Positions 20,999-29,467 of a stretch of DNA of 64,000 nt are shown here, piece by piece. The position numbers were made by a program, and so were the translations under genes. The notes under the pieces are model-generated. The model saw only the letters and a program-made list of their open reading frames with translations, did not search any database and was not told where the DNA came from. Origin of the DNA: Candidatus Latescibacterota bacterium (GTDB taxonomy: Bacteria; Krumholzibacteriota; Krumholzibacteriia; WVZY01; JAKEHA01); contig OY970173.1 of the NCBI GenBank assembly GCA_963707635.1, forward strand, positions 576,001 through 640,000. The letters run 5' to 3'. Positions within the stretch are counted from its first letter, which is position 1. Every line of letters begins with the position of its first letter.

Positions 20999-21433
20999 CT
21001 ACGCGATCAGAAGAATGATGATGACGATCAGGAGCGCGACGACCAGGTTGATGGTTATCGTCTGGTCGGCCTGCTCCATGTCTTGCACGACATAGGTCGC
21101 GAAGGCATTGAGCTGGTCGTCGGGAACGCGGTCGAAGCCATTGGTGCCGGCGAGTTCATCACTCTTTTCCTGCAGCGAGGCCCGGACACGATCCAGGTTC
21201 ATGTCGTCCTGCGCCGAAGTCAGCGATGTGCTCCTGGCCGCCTCAATTGCCCTCGTCATGTCGCTCAGGCTCTTACCCAGGATCTCCCGCTTGAGAGCGG
21301 GGCTTTCCGTGGCCATTACCTTGAGAGCCGCATGGTTGAAGTGGTCGTAGACCTGGTTCTGGCCCATCGCGACCCCCGCGCAACTGAGAGCCCCAATCAA
21401 GACGGTCAGGCGTAATGCAGTTGTGATGAGCAT
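20999..21433 (-). CDS. Hypothetical exported protein with C-terminal membrane anchor
   Basis: AAGGAGG RBS; signal peptide; hydrophobic C-terminus. Confidence 0.75.
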   Translation of the reverse strand: MLITTALRLTVLIGALSCAGVAMGQNQVYDHFNHAALKVMATESPALKREILGKSLSDMTRAIEAARSTSLTSAQDDMNLDRVRASLQEKSDELAGTNGFDRVPDDQLNAFATYVVQDMEQADQTITINLVVALLIVIIILLIA

Positions 21434-21497
21434 GACGTCCTCCTTCTTCGTGGTGCCCGGGCGGCGTCCGCGTTAGAATCGGATTCGGTCTCGCCGA

Positions 21498-21794
21498 TTA
21501 CGCGCCGGTCTTGCGCGCGATCGACTCGCTGTCGACCAGACGTCGCTTTTCGAGCTCGTCCTTGTAGGTCTGTCTCGCTTCGGCGACGACACCCTTGACC
21601 GTGCCCGTGATCGCCTCCTTCTTTTCGCGAGTCGCCTCCTTGAAGCGTTCGCCCTTGGTGTGGAGATCGTCGGCGCCTTCCTTGATTCTCTGGCGCAGCC
21701 GCGCGCCGGTTTGCGGGGCCCAGAGCAGCGCAGCCACTCCTCCCGCTACCGCACCGACCATGAACGCAATTGTGGCTGATCCCTTGGTATTCAT
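21498..21794 (-). CDS. YtxH domain-containing protein
   Basis: FMVGAVAGGVAALLWAPQTG.LRQRI. Confidence 0.85.
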   Translation of the reverse strand: MNTKGSATIAFMVGAVAGGVAALLWAPQTGARLRQRIKEGADDLHTKGERFKEATREKKEAITGTVKGVVAEARQTYKDELEKRRLVDSESIARKTGA

Positions 21795-21821
21795 GCTCTT
21801 CTCCTTTCTTATGGCCCAGGC

Positions 21822-22256
21822 CTAGCGATCAGCTAGACCGAGAGTGCCGGGGTTTCTCTTCACTGCGTCGGGTCCGTTACCGCCCCGCATGCGACGGAGC
21901 GCCGCCAGACCCGCTCGAGCGCTCGCGACGATCGCTCCATAGCGATCGGCGACTCCGCCCTCGAGAGTCCGGACAAACTCTGCGGTGGCGGCGCGGGCTT
22001 CGCCCGAGACCTTTTGCACGTCGCCGACGAGCTGCGACGTCGTGTGCGTCAGTGCCCGCAAGTCTTCCAACTCCGCTTCGCAACGCTCGAGCACGCCTTG
22101 CGCGACCGGGGCCAACGCCGTGATACGGCGTGCCGCGTATTCGATTTCGCGCGCCGTGCTCGTCAACCGGCGCGTGAGCCGCACGACCGCGATTGCGCCT
22201 GCGACCACAGCCACGGCGACAATTGTCGCCACAATTTCGAAAAGCGTGAAGGTCAT
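21822..22256 (-). CDS. DUF948 (YoxC)-like membrane-anchored coiled-coil protein
   Basis: N-terminal TM helix then helical region; directly upstream of YtxH, as is typical; GAGG RBS. Confidence 0.6.
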   Translation of the reverse strand: MTFTLFEIVATIVAVAVVAGAIAVVRLTRRLTSTAREIEYAARRITALAPVAQGVLERCEAELEDLRALTHTTSQLVGDVQKVSGEARAATAEFVRTLEGGVADRYGAIVASARAGLAALRRMRGGNGPDAVKRNPGTLGLADR

Positions 22257-22289
22257 GGCTAATCAGTTTCCTCTCGGAATCGCCCGGAG

Positions 22290-22412
22290 TCACGAGGCGG
22301 GCGGGCGGGGGTCCTCATCTTCCCGCATCTCGGCGGTGAGGCGGGCGAGGCCCCAGAAGCCGATGATCGCGGCGACTAGTGCAACAGCCAAGAATGCCAA
22401 TGCAGCGCTCAT
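22290..22412 (-). CDS. 40-aa small membrane protein, DUF1328-like (not in ORF track)
   Basis: GGGAGG RBS; MSAALAFLAVALVAAIIGFWGLARLTAEMREDEDPRPPAS. Confidence 0.55.
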   Translation of the reverse strand: MSAALAFLAVALVAAIIGFWGLARLTAEMREDEDPRPPAS

Positions 22413-22568
22413 GACTTGCCTCCCTTGATCGGGTTCATGAATACACATGCCATTCTGTGACGATCAAACGATGGTTCCGGTGTTCCGGCGCGCGCCACTT
22501 AAAGAGACATTAGATTCTCTTCATCGCGATTACATGTGGCGGGCGCCGCGACTTTCCTCAGCTCGCGC

Positions 22569-22802
22569 TCACGTGGTCAACCCGGGATTCTTGCGTGACG
22601 ACCAGCCAACCAGGAAACCACCCGCGATGAGAGCGGCCACGCCGACAACGGGAGGAATCGATACCCGCTCCTTCTTCTCCACGACGACGTCGACCGGCCC
22701 GATATGGGTGGTGTCGCGATCTTTGATGTAGGTGACTCCGCCCCAGATGATTCCGACGAAACCGATGATGATGAGCAGGATGCCGATCAGTGTCACGTTC
22801 AT
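22569..22802 (-). CDS. Small membrane protein, DUF3185-like, copy 1
   Basis: IGILLIIIG...IGPVDV...KERVSIPPVVG. Confidence 0.75.
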   Translation of the reverse strand: MNVTLIGILLIIIGFVGIIWGGVTYIKDRDTTHIGPVDVVVEKKERVSIPPVVGVAALIAGGFLVGWSSRKNPGLTT

Positions 22803-22919
22803 GGTCGTGACTCCCTTCATGCCGACAGGCGACGGGCCGTACCGGCGTTGTTTGAACCCGTGTGGTAGTGGGGTCCATCGAGCGGCACGGCCCGCCGCAC
22901 GCAGCCTTGCTATCGCCGT

Positions 22920-23519
22920 CTATGAACCGCCGAGGAAGTAAACGTGGAAGCCGATGTGCGAAAAATTGTTGCCCAGGGTGCCGAAGCTGGTTTCGCTGTC
23001 ACCGCCGCCGGCCGGGCTGAAGCTGTAGAACCCGATACCGTGGCTGGCCGACACGCTGAAACTATCCACGATGAAGACTTCCGCTTCGATCTCACCTTCT
23101 ATGGTCAATGTCGTCGCGTCGTCCGTGGCAAACGGCTCGGGCGGAGACGACATCTGAACTTCCTCGCTCTCGTAGAGGAATCCCGGCCGGACGAGGACGT
23201 GCACCTTGTCCCAGCTTTTCAGGACGATCGGCATTCCCAGTTCGACCGCCCAACCGGTCAGGCTCTCCCCGTCGTAGCTGGGGGCGGGGTTCGACTGGAA
23301 CCCGATTCCCAGGTCGACACCGAACTTCTGCTCGCCCAGCCACCAGCGAACGCCCAGCGGGGCGGTGATGGAATGGAAACCCAAACCCCCGTTGGGGTGC
23401 GATGGCCCTTCTCCGGTCAGCATGCTCGTGGATGCTTCGGTTTGCGCGTCCACCGACGCGGGCAGAGCGAAGCAGGCGGCCGCCGTTACCGTGAATAGGA
23501 AAGTCATCAGTTTCTTCAT
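22920..23519 (-). CDS. Outer-membrane beta-barrel protein
   Basis: Signal peptide; amphipathic strands; C-terminal IGFHVYF; AAGGAG RBS. Confidence 0.75.
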   Translation of the reverse strand: MKKLMTFLFTVTAAACFALPASVDAQTEASTSMLTGEGPSHPNGGLGFHSITAPLGVRWWLGEQKFGVDLGIGFQSNPAPSYDGESLTGWAVELGMPIVLKSWDKVHVLVRPGFLYESEEVQMSSPPEPFATDDATTLTIEGEIEAEVFIVDSFSVSASHGIGFYSFSPAGGGDSETSFGTLGNNFSHIGFHVYFLGGS

Positions 23520-23650
23520 GAGTCGCTCCTTTTGATTGGATGCCTCACTGCGATCCTGGCAACAGTCGCAGCAAAGCCTGCAAGGTGGGAGCGACGGGTG
23601 GCTGTAACGGAACTTACAAGGCGGGAGGGCCGAGGGTCACAGAATCCGCG

Positions 23651-24394
23651 TCAGTCGGACACGCCCGGGCGCGGAACCAGAATGCTCCGGACGATGGGCC
23701 GAAGCCGCGCCACCCACAGTGCATACATTTGCGCCGAAGGGTGCAAACCGTCGGGCGCGACGAGATTCTGCTCGTCGCGCGCCCGCCGCGAGATGTCGGT
23801 TACGTCGACGAACACGACCCCGCGGGCCTCGGAAACGGCACGCGCGAAGTCGTTGTACATGTCGATTTCGCCCGCGATTATTCCCTCCGGGTCGAATAAC
23901 CGCCGCCCGAAGCGGGTCGCCGAATAGTCCGGAATCGAAAGCACGATCACGTGGGTTGGACTTCCGTGCGCCAGAGCGATCGCACGGTCGATGAGCGCCC
24001 GAAACTCGCGCTCGTAGACATCGAACGCAAGCGCCCTGAACTGATTGTTGACGCCGATCTGGAGGGTGACGAGGTGGAACGAGCCGTCGAGATCCGCGGA
24101 CGCGTCGAGCAGGTTCGCAGTGGTCCAGCCGGTACGAGCAACGATCGTAAGGCCTACCACGCGCACGCTGTCGGCGAGGAGCGAATCGGCGAGTTGGCGG
24201 GGCCAACTCTTCGCTGGCGCGACCTTCTCGCCGATCGTGTACGAATCCCCCAGTGCGAGCACGCGGACCTGGGCGGCAGCGTGCGGCGCGGGCGTCGCCG
24301 TGGGCAGCGCCGGTTCGTCCTGGCACGCCCATACCGACGCGACGAACACGACGGCAACGATAACTCTTGACGCGGAGAAGCCCATTGTTGACAT
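23651..24394 (-). CDS. SGNH/GDSL hydrolase lipoprotein
   Basis: LGDSYT, IGVNN and DGLHPS motifs. Confidence 0.9.
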   Translation of the reverse strand: MSTMGFSASRVIVAVVFVASVWACQDEPALPTATPAPHAAAQVRVLALGDSYTIGEKVAPAKSWPRQLADSLLADSVRVVGLTIVARTGWTTANLLDASADLDGSFHLVTLQIGVNNQFRALAFDVYEREFRALIDRAIALAHGSPTHVIVLSIPDYSATRFGRRLFDPEGIIAGEIDMYNDFARAVSEARGVVFVDVTDISRRARDEQNLVAPDGLHPSAQMYALWVARLRPIVRSILVPRPGVSD

Positions 24395-24577
24395 ATCATA
24401 GCGCCGGGCTAGTGGATGCGCAAGCTGTCGGCGTTCATCATGGTCGCGTTGCAGGCTCGCAGTCGCGGAGTCTCACAGCACTCGCCTCAGTATCCACGCG
24501 TCGCGAACAACCGACATCGACTATGGCGGCGCATGACATGATGCGCGGGGCAGCTCTCATGAAAAGGAGTAAGAACC

Positions 24578-25126
24578 ATGAGTAACGTTGCGACGAAAGT
24601 CGAATCGGGTGGACGCCGTATGACGATGTTCGGCGTCGTTTGTATCATCCTCGGGCTGATCGCGATGGCGATACCCGCGCTCACCAGCCTGTCCGCCGTA
24701 TTGGCGGTGGGTCTGCTGGTGATTGGAGCCGGCATCCTGAGAATGCTGTGGGCGTTTGGCGCGGGAAGCTTCGGCAAGGGCTTGCTGGGTCTCGCGATCG
24801 GCTTCCTCACGCTTCTGTGCGGCATCGCGATGGTGGCCAATCCCTTGTTTTCGTTGGGCGTTCTGACCCTCGTCATCGCGATCTATTTGATCGTGGATGG
24901 CGTGGCCGAGATCATCGGCTCATTCCGCATGGCCGGGTCGGGTCGTGGGTGGTTGCTTGTCGGAGGGATCGCCTCGATTGTTCTCGGGCTCATGATCTGG
25001 CGGCAGTTCCCCTTGTCGGGGGCCTGGGCCATCGGCGTCCTGCTGGGCGTCAAGCTGCTGTTCGTCGGGATGGCCATGGTCACCGGCGGGTCTGCATTGA
25101 AGTCGCTCGCGAAAGCGAGCGGATAG
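24578..25126 (+). CDS. HdeD/DUF308 family membrane protein
   Basis: Six TM helices; WAIGVLLGV; AAGGAG RBS. Confidence 0.85.
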   Translation: MSNVATKVESGGRRMTMFGVVCIILGLIAMAIPALTSLSAVLAVGLLVIGAGILRMLWAFGAGSFGKGLLGLAIGFLTLLCGIAMVANPLFSLGVLTLVIAIYLIVDGVAEIIGSFRMAGSGRGWLLVGGIASIVLGLMIWRQFPLSGAWAIGVLLGVKLLFVGMAMVTGGSALKSLAKASG

Positions 25127-25142
25127 AGATCTTGATGGCGTC

Positions 25143-25841
25143 TTACGGCGCCGGCGTGATTCGCAGGATCAACGCAATCTTCTGAAACCTGCGTAATGAG
25201 CCATCTTCCACGAAGATGACGTTGCCACCCAGTGTCAGCACCTTTTCGATGACCACATCCACGAGGTTGTCAGCGTCGTCCATCAGGGGCGAGTTCTCCT
25301 GGGGCTTCACGCGGTAGCCGTCTTCGACCAGCAACGTCGCGCCTACGCCGGAGTCGATCGATTGGACAACGTCGTCAATGCCTACGGCGACGTTGTGTGC
25401 GCGTGCAGCCGCTTCCAACTCGCGCGCTACTTTGTTGCCGGCGCTGGCCATAGCCCCTTTCACAAGCGGCCACACGATGCTCCCCAAATCGTTTAGAGAT
25501 GTAGTCGCATGATCACCCTCGGCCTGGCCGATAATCGCCCCCGGATATGCCGTCACCGACGCGAACGCGGACTGGTTTCTCTCTGTGCCAACCAGAACCA
25601 CTCCGAGCGGATCTTGCTCGTAGTAATGAGCGAAATGGTGGTCTACGGTCTGCAAGAACGCTCGCAGTTGAATATCGTTAAGCGCTGGATGCACCGGACT
25701 CACCGAAGACTCGAACGGGAACCACGTGTTCTGAATGTCGATCAGGCTATCCCGAAATGCCTCGTATAACTTGTTCGTATGTTCACTCAGCGACAGAACG
25801 TAGTAATGTGTGCTGAGTCTATGCTGCGTACTGAGTTTCAC
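25143..25841 (-). CDS. baeRF3-like (aeRF1-family) protein, N-terminally truncated
   Basis: YYVLSLSE..KLYE; TLLVEDGY; DNLVDVVIEKVL..GG.V.FV....L..FQKIALILR. Confidence 0.7.
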   Translation of the reverse strand: MKLSTQHRLSTHYYVLSLSEHTNKLYEAFRDSLIDIQNTWFPFESSVSPVHPALNDIQLRAFLQTVDHHFAHYYEQDPLGVVLVGTERNQSAFASVTAYPGAIIGQAEGDHATTSLNDLGSIVWPLVKGAMASAGNKVARELEAAARAHNVAVGIDDVVQSIDSGVGATLLVEDGYRVKPQENSPLMDDADNLVDVVIEKVLTLGGNVIFVEDGSLRRFQKIALILRITPAP

Positions 25842-25901
25842 GACGGGTCTCCCTGTGCCGCGAGTGCTTTTTTCCGGGAATGGTCTGGCCTATGCGCCTC
25901 A

Positions 25902-25966
25902 AGTGTAAGGGATGCCTGGTGCCGGATTGAATCGATCCAAAGAGCGAAAAAGGAGCTAGTCCCTCG
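25902..25966 (-). promoter_or_regulatory. 40-bp conserved element, copy 1, with -10 TACACT
   Basis: TTGAATCGATCCAAAGAGCGAAAAAGGAGCTAGTCCCTCG at 25927-25966. Confidence 0.8.
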
Positions 25967-26022
25967 AAGGATTGACCGCTTCAGCTACCACGCCAACGCC
26001 CTTGGTGCGCGATATTCAGGCC

Positions 26023-27144
26023 TCACTCCCGCACCACGGCGCGGCGTGTAGCTGACTTAGGCTCGAACGGAGCCCGGAGTTCATACAGAATGACCTGCTC
26101 CCGGCCTGCCTGCTTGGCGGCGTAGAGCGCGATGTCGGCCGCGCGCAACAGTTCCGGAGCCGTGGAAGCGTGTTCGGGCGACGCCGCAATGCCGGCCGAC
26201 AGCGTCATTGTGCCGAGCGACTGTCGATCGTACCGTATCTCCAGTTGCTTGATGATGGCACAGATCTGTTCGACCCGCTCTCGGGTGTCTGCCAGAGACG
26301 AATCGGGTAGAACGAGCGCAAACTCCTCGCCGCCAAGGCGGCACGCAATGTCGCTCGTGCGCAGGTTCTGGGACAGCACGTGCGCACACTCGCGCAACGC
26401 GAGGTCACCGGCATCGTGGCCAAACATGTCGTTGAATCGCTTGAAGTGATCGACGTCCAGAACGGCGACGGACAAGGAGGTGCTGCGGCGCTGCGACAGG
26501 CTCAATTCACGCGGCAGGCTGTCGTCCAGGTAGCGCCGGTTGAACAGGCCGGTCAGCGGATCATGATTGGCCTGCTCGCGCAGGCACGACAACAAGTCCT
26601 CGTTGACTTGCCGGGTGCGATCCTCAAGTTCTTTCCGCTCGGTGATGTCCCGGATATTGCACTGAATCACCTTCATCCCGCCGGCCATGTACACGTTGCT
26701 GACGAACTCCACGTGCCTGTGCTCGTGCTCCTTGGTTTCCAGCGGCAGGTTGTCGTAGCGGACATACTCCTTGGCCTGCAATTGCCGAAAGGCCTCCCGG
26801 CTGGCCACGACATCTTTGAACGGGCCGATCTCCCAGAGTGTCTTGCCCAGCAGCTCGGCGTGACGATAGCCGAGCATGGCCTGTAGAAACGGGTTGGCGT
26901 CGGTTATCTGTCCGGATTTCGCATTCAGGATGAGTATGCCATCCTTGGCTGTCTCGAAGAGCCGTCGGTAGCGGCGCTCGGAATCCGCCAGCGCATTATC
27001 GATCCGCTTGTGACCATTCCGACCGCTCACGGACCCAGCCTTCTTGCCTATGGGCCTCATGGCCAGCTCGACGCTTGCCGGGTTCAGTTGCCTCTGCGAG
27101 GTTGCGTTGTCGGCAAAGAGTCGGGATCTTGTATTCTTCGTCAT
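26023..27144 (-). CDS. PAS-GGDEF diguanylate cyclase (start uncertain: 27144 or 27060)
   Basis: PAS (RYRRLFETAKDGI); DPLTGLFNRR; DVDHFKRFND; RTSD I-site; GGEEF. Confidence 0.9.
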   Translation of the reverse strand: MTKNTRSRLFADNATSQRQLNPASVELAMRPIGKKAGSVSGRNGHKRIDNALADSERRYRRLFETAKDGILILNAKSGQITDANPFLQAMLGYRHAELLGKTLWEIGPFKDVVASREAFRQLQAKEYVRYDNLPLETKEHEHRHVEFVSNVYMAGGMKVIQCNIRDITERKELEDRTRQVNEDLLSCLREQANHDPLTGLFNRRYLDDSLPRELSLSQRRSTSLSVAVLDVDHFKRFNDMFGHDAGDLALRECAHVLSQNLRTSDIACRLGGEEFALVLPDSSLADTRERVEQICAIIKQLEIRYDRQSLGTMTLSAGIAASPEHASTAPELLRAADIALYAAKQAGREQVILYELRAPFEPKSATRRAVVRE

Positions 27145-27214
27145 GACAAACCCCCAGGATTGACGGGATCCTCTCCCGTCCGCGGCTCGTGGGCGCAATT
27201 GGCACGGGGAATCA

Positions 27215-27320
27215 CGGGTCCGAGCAGGTACTGAATCAGATCGCTTTTTTCCTCGTCCGTAAGCCCGAGTTTGAAGAAGGAATCGTAATGGTCGACGACT
27301 TGAGACATCGACATCGACTC
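27215..27320 (-). pseudogene. Remnant resembling the C-terminus of cytochrome c peroxidase-like proteins
   Basis: SMSQVVDHYDSFFKLGLTDEEKSDLIQYL; no CxxCH in the surrounding ORF. Confidence 0.5.
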
Positions 27321-27536
27321 TGGATGGGTAGCAAGTGTCCTTACCACAACGTCTCCTTGCTCGGCGTCGCGCACCTCCATGCCGGCTTGAATCAACCTCT
27401 GCTGGTTGGAGGTGCGCGGGCGCAATCCCGCGGCGGCGAATCTCCTTCGCCGACGGTCTTCGAAACTCCGCGGCGTGGGTACTACGGCCGTATTGCCGGC
27501 AAGCGCAACCGCGCCGATCCATGCCAATGCCCGGAC

Positions 27537-27600
27537 AAGGTACCGGAGGTGGGGAACGGACGGAATCGACCGAAAGGGCGAAAAAGGAGCTAGTCCCTCG
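27537..27600 (-). promoter_or_regulatory. 40-bp conserved element, copy 2, with -10 TACCTT
   Basis: CGGAATCGACCGAAAGGGCGAAAAAGGAGCTAGTCCCTCG at 27561-27600. Confidence 0.8.
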
Positions 27601-27638
27601 GATGTGGGAAAATACGGCAGGCGACTTAGTGGCTTTGG

Positions 27639-28298
27639 CTATTGCCTGCGCTCTTCGTCGTGGACGAAGGCAGCAATCTGCAGACGGGTATTGAGCTCCA
27701 GCTTTTCCAGCACATTGTGGACGTGGCTTTTCACGGTGAAGGTCGCAATGTGGAGCTGCTGGGCAATCTCCTTGTTGCTCATGCCCTCGGAAATCAGGTC
27801 TACGATCTCCCGTTCACGCTTCGTCAACTGTATCGCATGAGCGGGAATGCTGTTCCCGCTCTTGAGCACCGATTCGACGATTTGCGTGAAGAGTGATTTG
27901 GTCAACCCTGCCGGAAGTATGGTGGCTCCCCCGGCGACGGCTTGGATGGTCCTGACATAATCTTCCACCGGGGCGTTCTTGAGAATGAAGCCTGACCCCC
28001 CGGCTTTCACGAATTCGACAATGTCGGCTTGATCGGGGAGGATATCCATCGCGATGACTCTTGACTCCGGAAAGCGCTCTCGAAGCACTCCCATCAGCTT
28101 CAAGCTGTGTTCTTGCTCCAGGCCGAGATCCAGTAGAACGACGTCGGGCGAGTGCATACCCTCGAGCTGTGCGGTCGAACCGTCGCCGTCGGTACGCGCG
28201 TCGACAGCGAAACCACCGTGATTCCGAAGAATGTCGGAGATACCTTCCCGCAAGAAGCGATTGTCTTCAATCAGCAAGACTCGAATTTTTGTAGGCAC
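27639..28298 (-). CDS. NarL/LuxR family response regulator (orphan)
   Basis: REC domain (IEDN, VLLDL, GFILK) and LuxR HTH (LTKRE...GMSNKEIA...TVKSHV). Confidence 0.93.
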   Translation of the reverse strand: MPTKIRVLLIEDNRFLREGISDILRNHGGFAVDARTDGDGSTAQLEGMHSPDVVLLDLGLEQEHSLKLMGVLRERFPESRVIAMDILPDQADIVEFVKAGGSGFILKNAPVEDYVRTIQAVAGGATILPAGLTKSLFTQIVESVLKSGNSIPAHAIQLTKREREIVDLISEGMSNKEIAQQLHIATFTVKSHVHNVLEKLELNTRLQIAAFVHDEERRQ

Positions 28299-28473
28299 AA
28301 TCGTCTCCGAGCATGATAGCCAACGCGAAGCGGGTAAAGCGCTGGCCGTCAGGGAGACTAGCCGAAGGTACTGTCCCGGGCGGCCGGCTCTTCACTGGCT
28401 GATATTGCAGACGTTAAACGCAGCCCGCCGCGCCTGTCAACAGCTCTATTGCGGAAGCCGTCGGACGATCGGG

Positions 28474-28489
28474 TGTTAGCGTGCTAACG
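28474..28489. promoter_or_regulatory. CRP/FNR-type site TGTTA-N6-TAACG
   Basis: Between the CRP copy 1 stop and the LuxR regulator start. Confidence 0.5.
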
Positions 28490-28533
28490 CCGCGCGGATC
28501 TGGGTCAGGCGATGAGTCGAGCACTCCGTGCCG

Positions 28534-29271
28534 TCACTCGGCGAGCTTGCCGAGCGCTTTGGGGTCGTGGATGCAGATGTATTCCTTGTGGAACGCGACG
28601 ATACCTTCACGTTTGAAGCGATTCATGTGGGTGCTCACGACCTCGCGGCGGGCGCCGATGAGGTTGGCGACGTCTTGCCGCGTGAGGGGGACGTCGATGC
28701 TCATGCCGCACGCTCGTTGCTGGGGGAATTCGCGGGTCAGGCGGATCAACACCCGGGCAAGCCGCGCAAGCACGCTGCGAAACGCCAGATCTTCGAATCG
28801 CGCGACCACTTCGACCGACCGTTCGCCAATGAGCTTGACGAGTCGCGAACACGCACCAGCTTGCTGGATGAGTTTGTCGAAATCGTCCCGTGAGACATAC
28901 GCGACCAGCGATGCTTGCATCGCTCTAGCCCGCAGTTCCGTCGTTTCGTTTCCGACCGAGTTCAAGAGACCGAACGGCTCACCGTGCTTGATGAGCAGCA
29001 GGAGAAGCTCCTTTCCGCTGGCATCATCGACACAGCTGATTTTGACGCGGCCTTTGAGGAGAAAGTACATCCGCTGCAGATGCTCGTCGCGGCTGCCGCT
29101 GATGACGTAGATTGTCTCGCCACGCTTGAATTCGCGCAGTTGCAGGAGTCGCGTGAACCGTTTCAGCACCTCACCGTCGACGGACTTGAGCAGGTCGACG
29201 CTACGGAGGTGCCAAAGACCGAAATCCTTGAGGGTCTTGGGTGTCGGTATCGTTCCGCGCTTCTTGTTCAT
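28534..29271 (-). CDS. CRP/FNR family transcriptional regulator, copy 1
   Basis: cNMP-type domain (YFLLKGRVKI) and HTH LTRQDVANLIGARREVVS. Confidence 0.92.
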   Translation of the reverse strand: MNKKRGTIPTPKTLKDFGLWHLRSVDLLKSVDGEVLKRFTRLLQLREFKRGETIYVISGSRDEHLQRMYFLLKGRVKISCVDDASGKELLLLLIKHGEPFGLLNSVGNETTELRARAMQASLVAYVSRDDFDKLIQQAGACSRLVKLIGERSVEVVARFEDLAFRSVLARLARVLIRLTREFPQQRACGMSIDVPLTRQDVANLIGARREVVSTHMNRFKREGIVAFHKEYICIHDPKALGKLAE

Positions 29272-29302
29272 GTTGCAGTTCCGCTCCCTCGTTTAGTCCG
29301 AC

Positions 29303-29367
29303 AGCATACCCGAGGGCGGTAACGGGATTGAATCGATCGGAAGAGTGAAAAGGGAACTAATCCCTGG
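29303..29367 (-). promoter_or_regulatory. 40-bp conserved element, copy 3, with -10 TATGCT
   Basis: TTGAATCGATCGGAAGAGTGAAAAGGGAACTAATCCCTGG at 29328-29367. Confidence 0.8.
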
Positions 29368-29467
29368 GACGTGTGTGTGCACCAATTCGCGCTCGATTCC
29401 ATCGCCACCGGTCGCTAGAATGGCGGCATGGAGACCTTCCAACCCGCCGCCTGAAGCCGTACGCATC

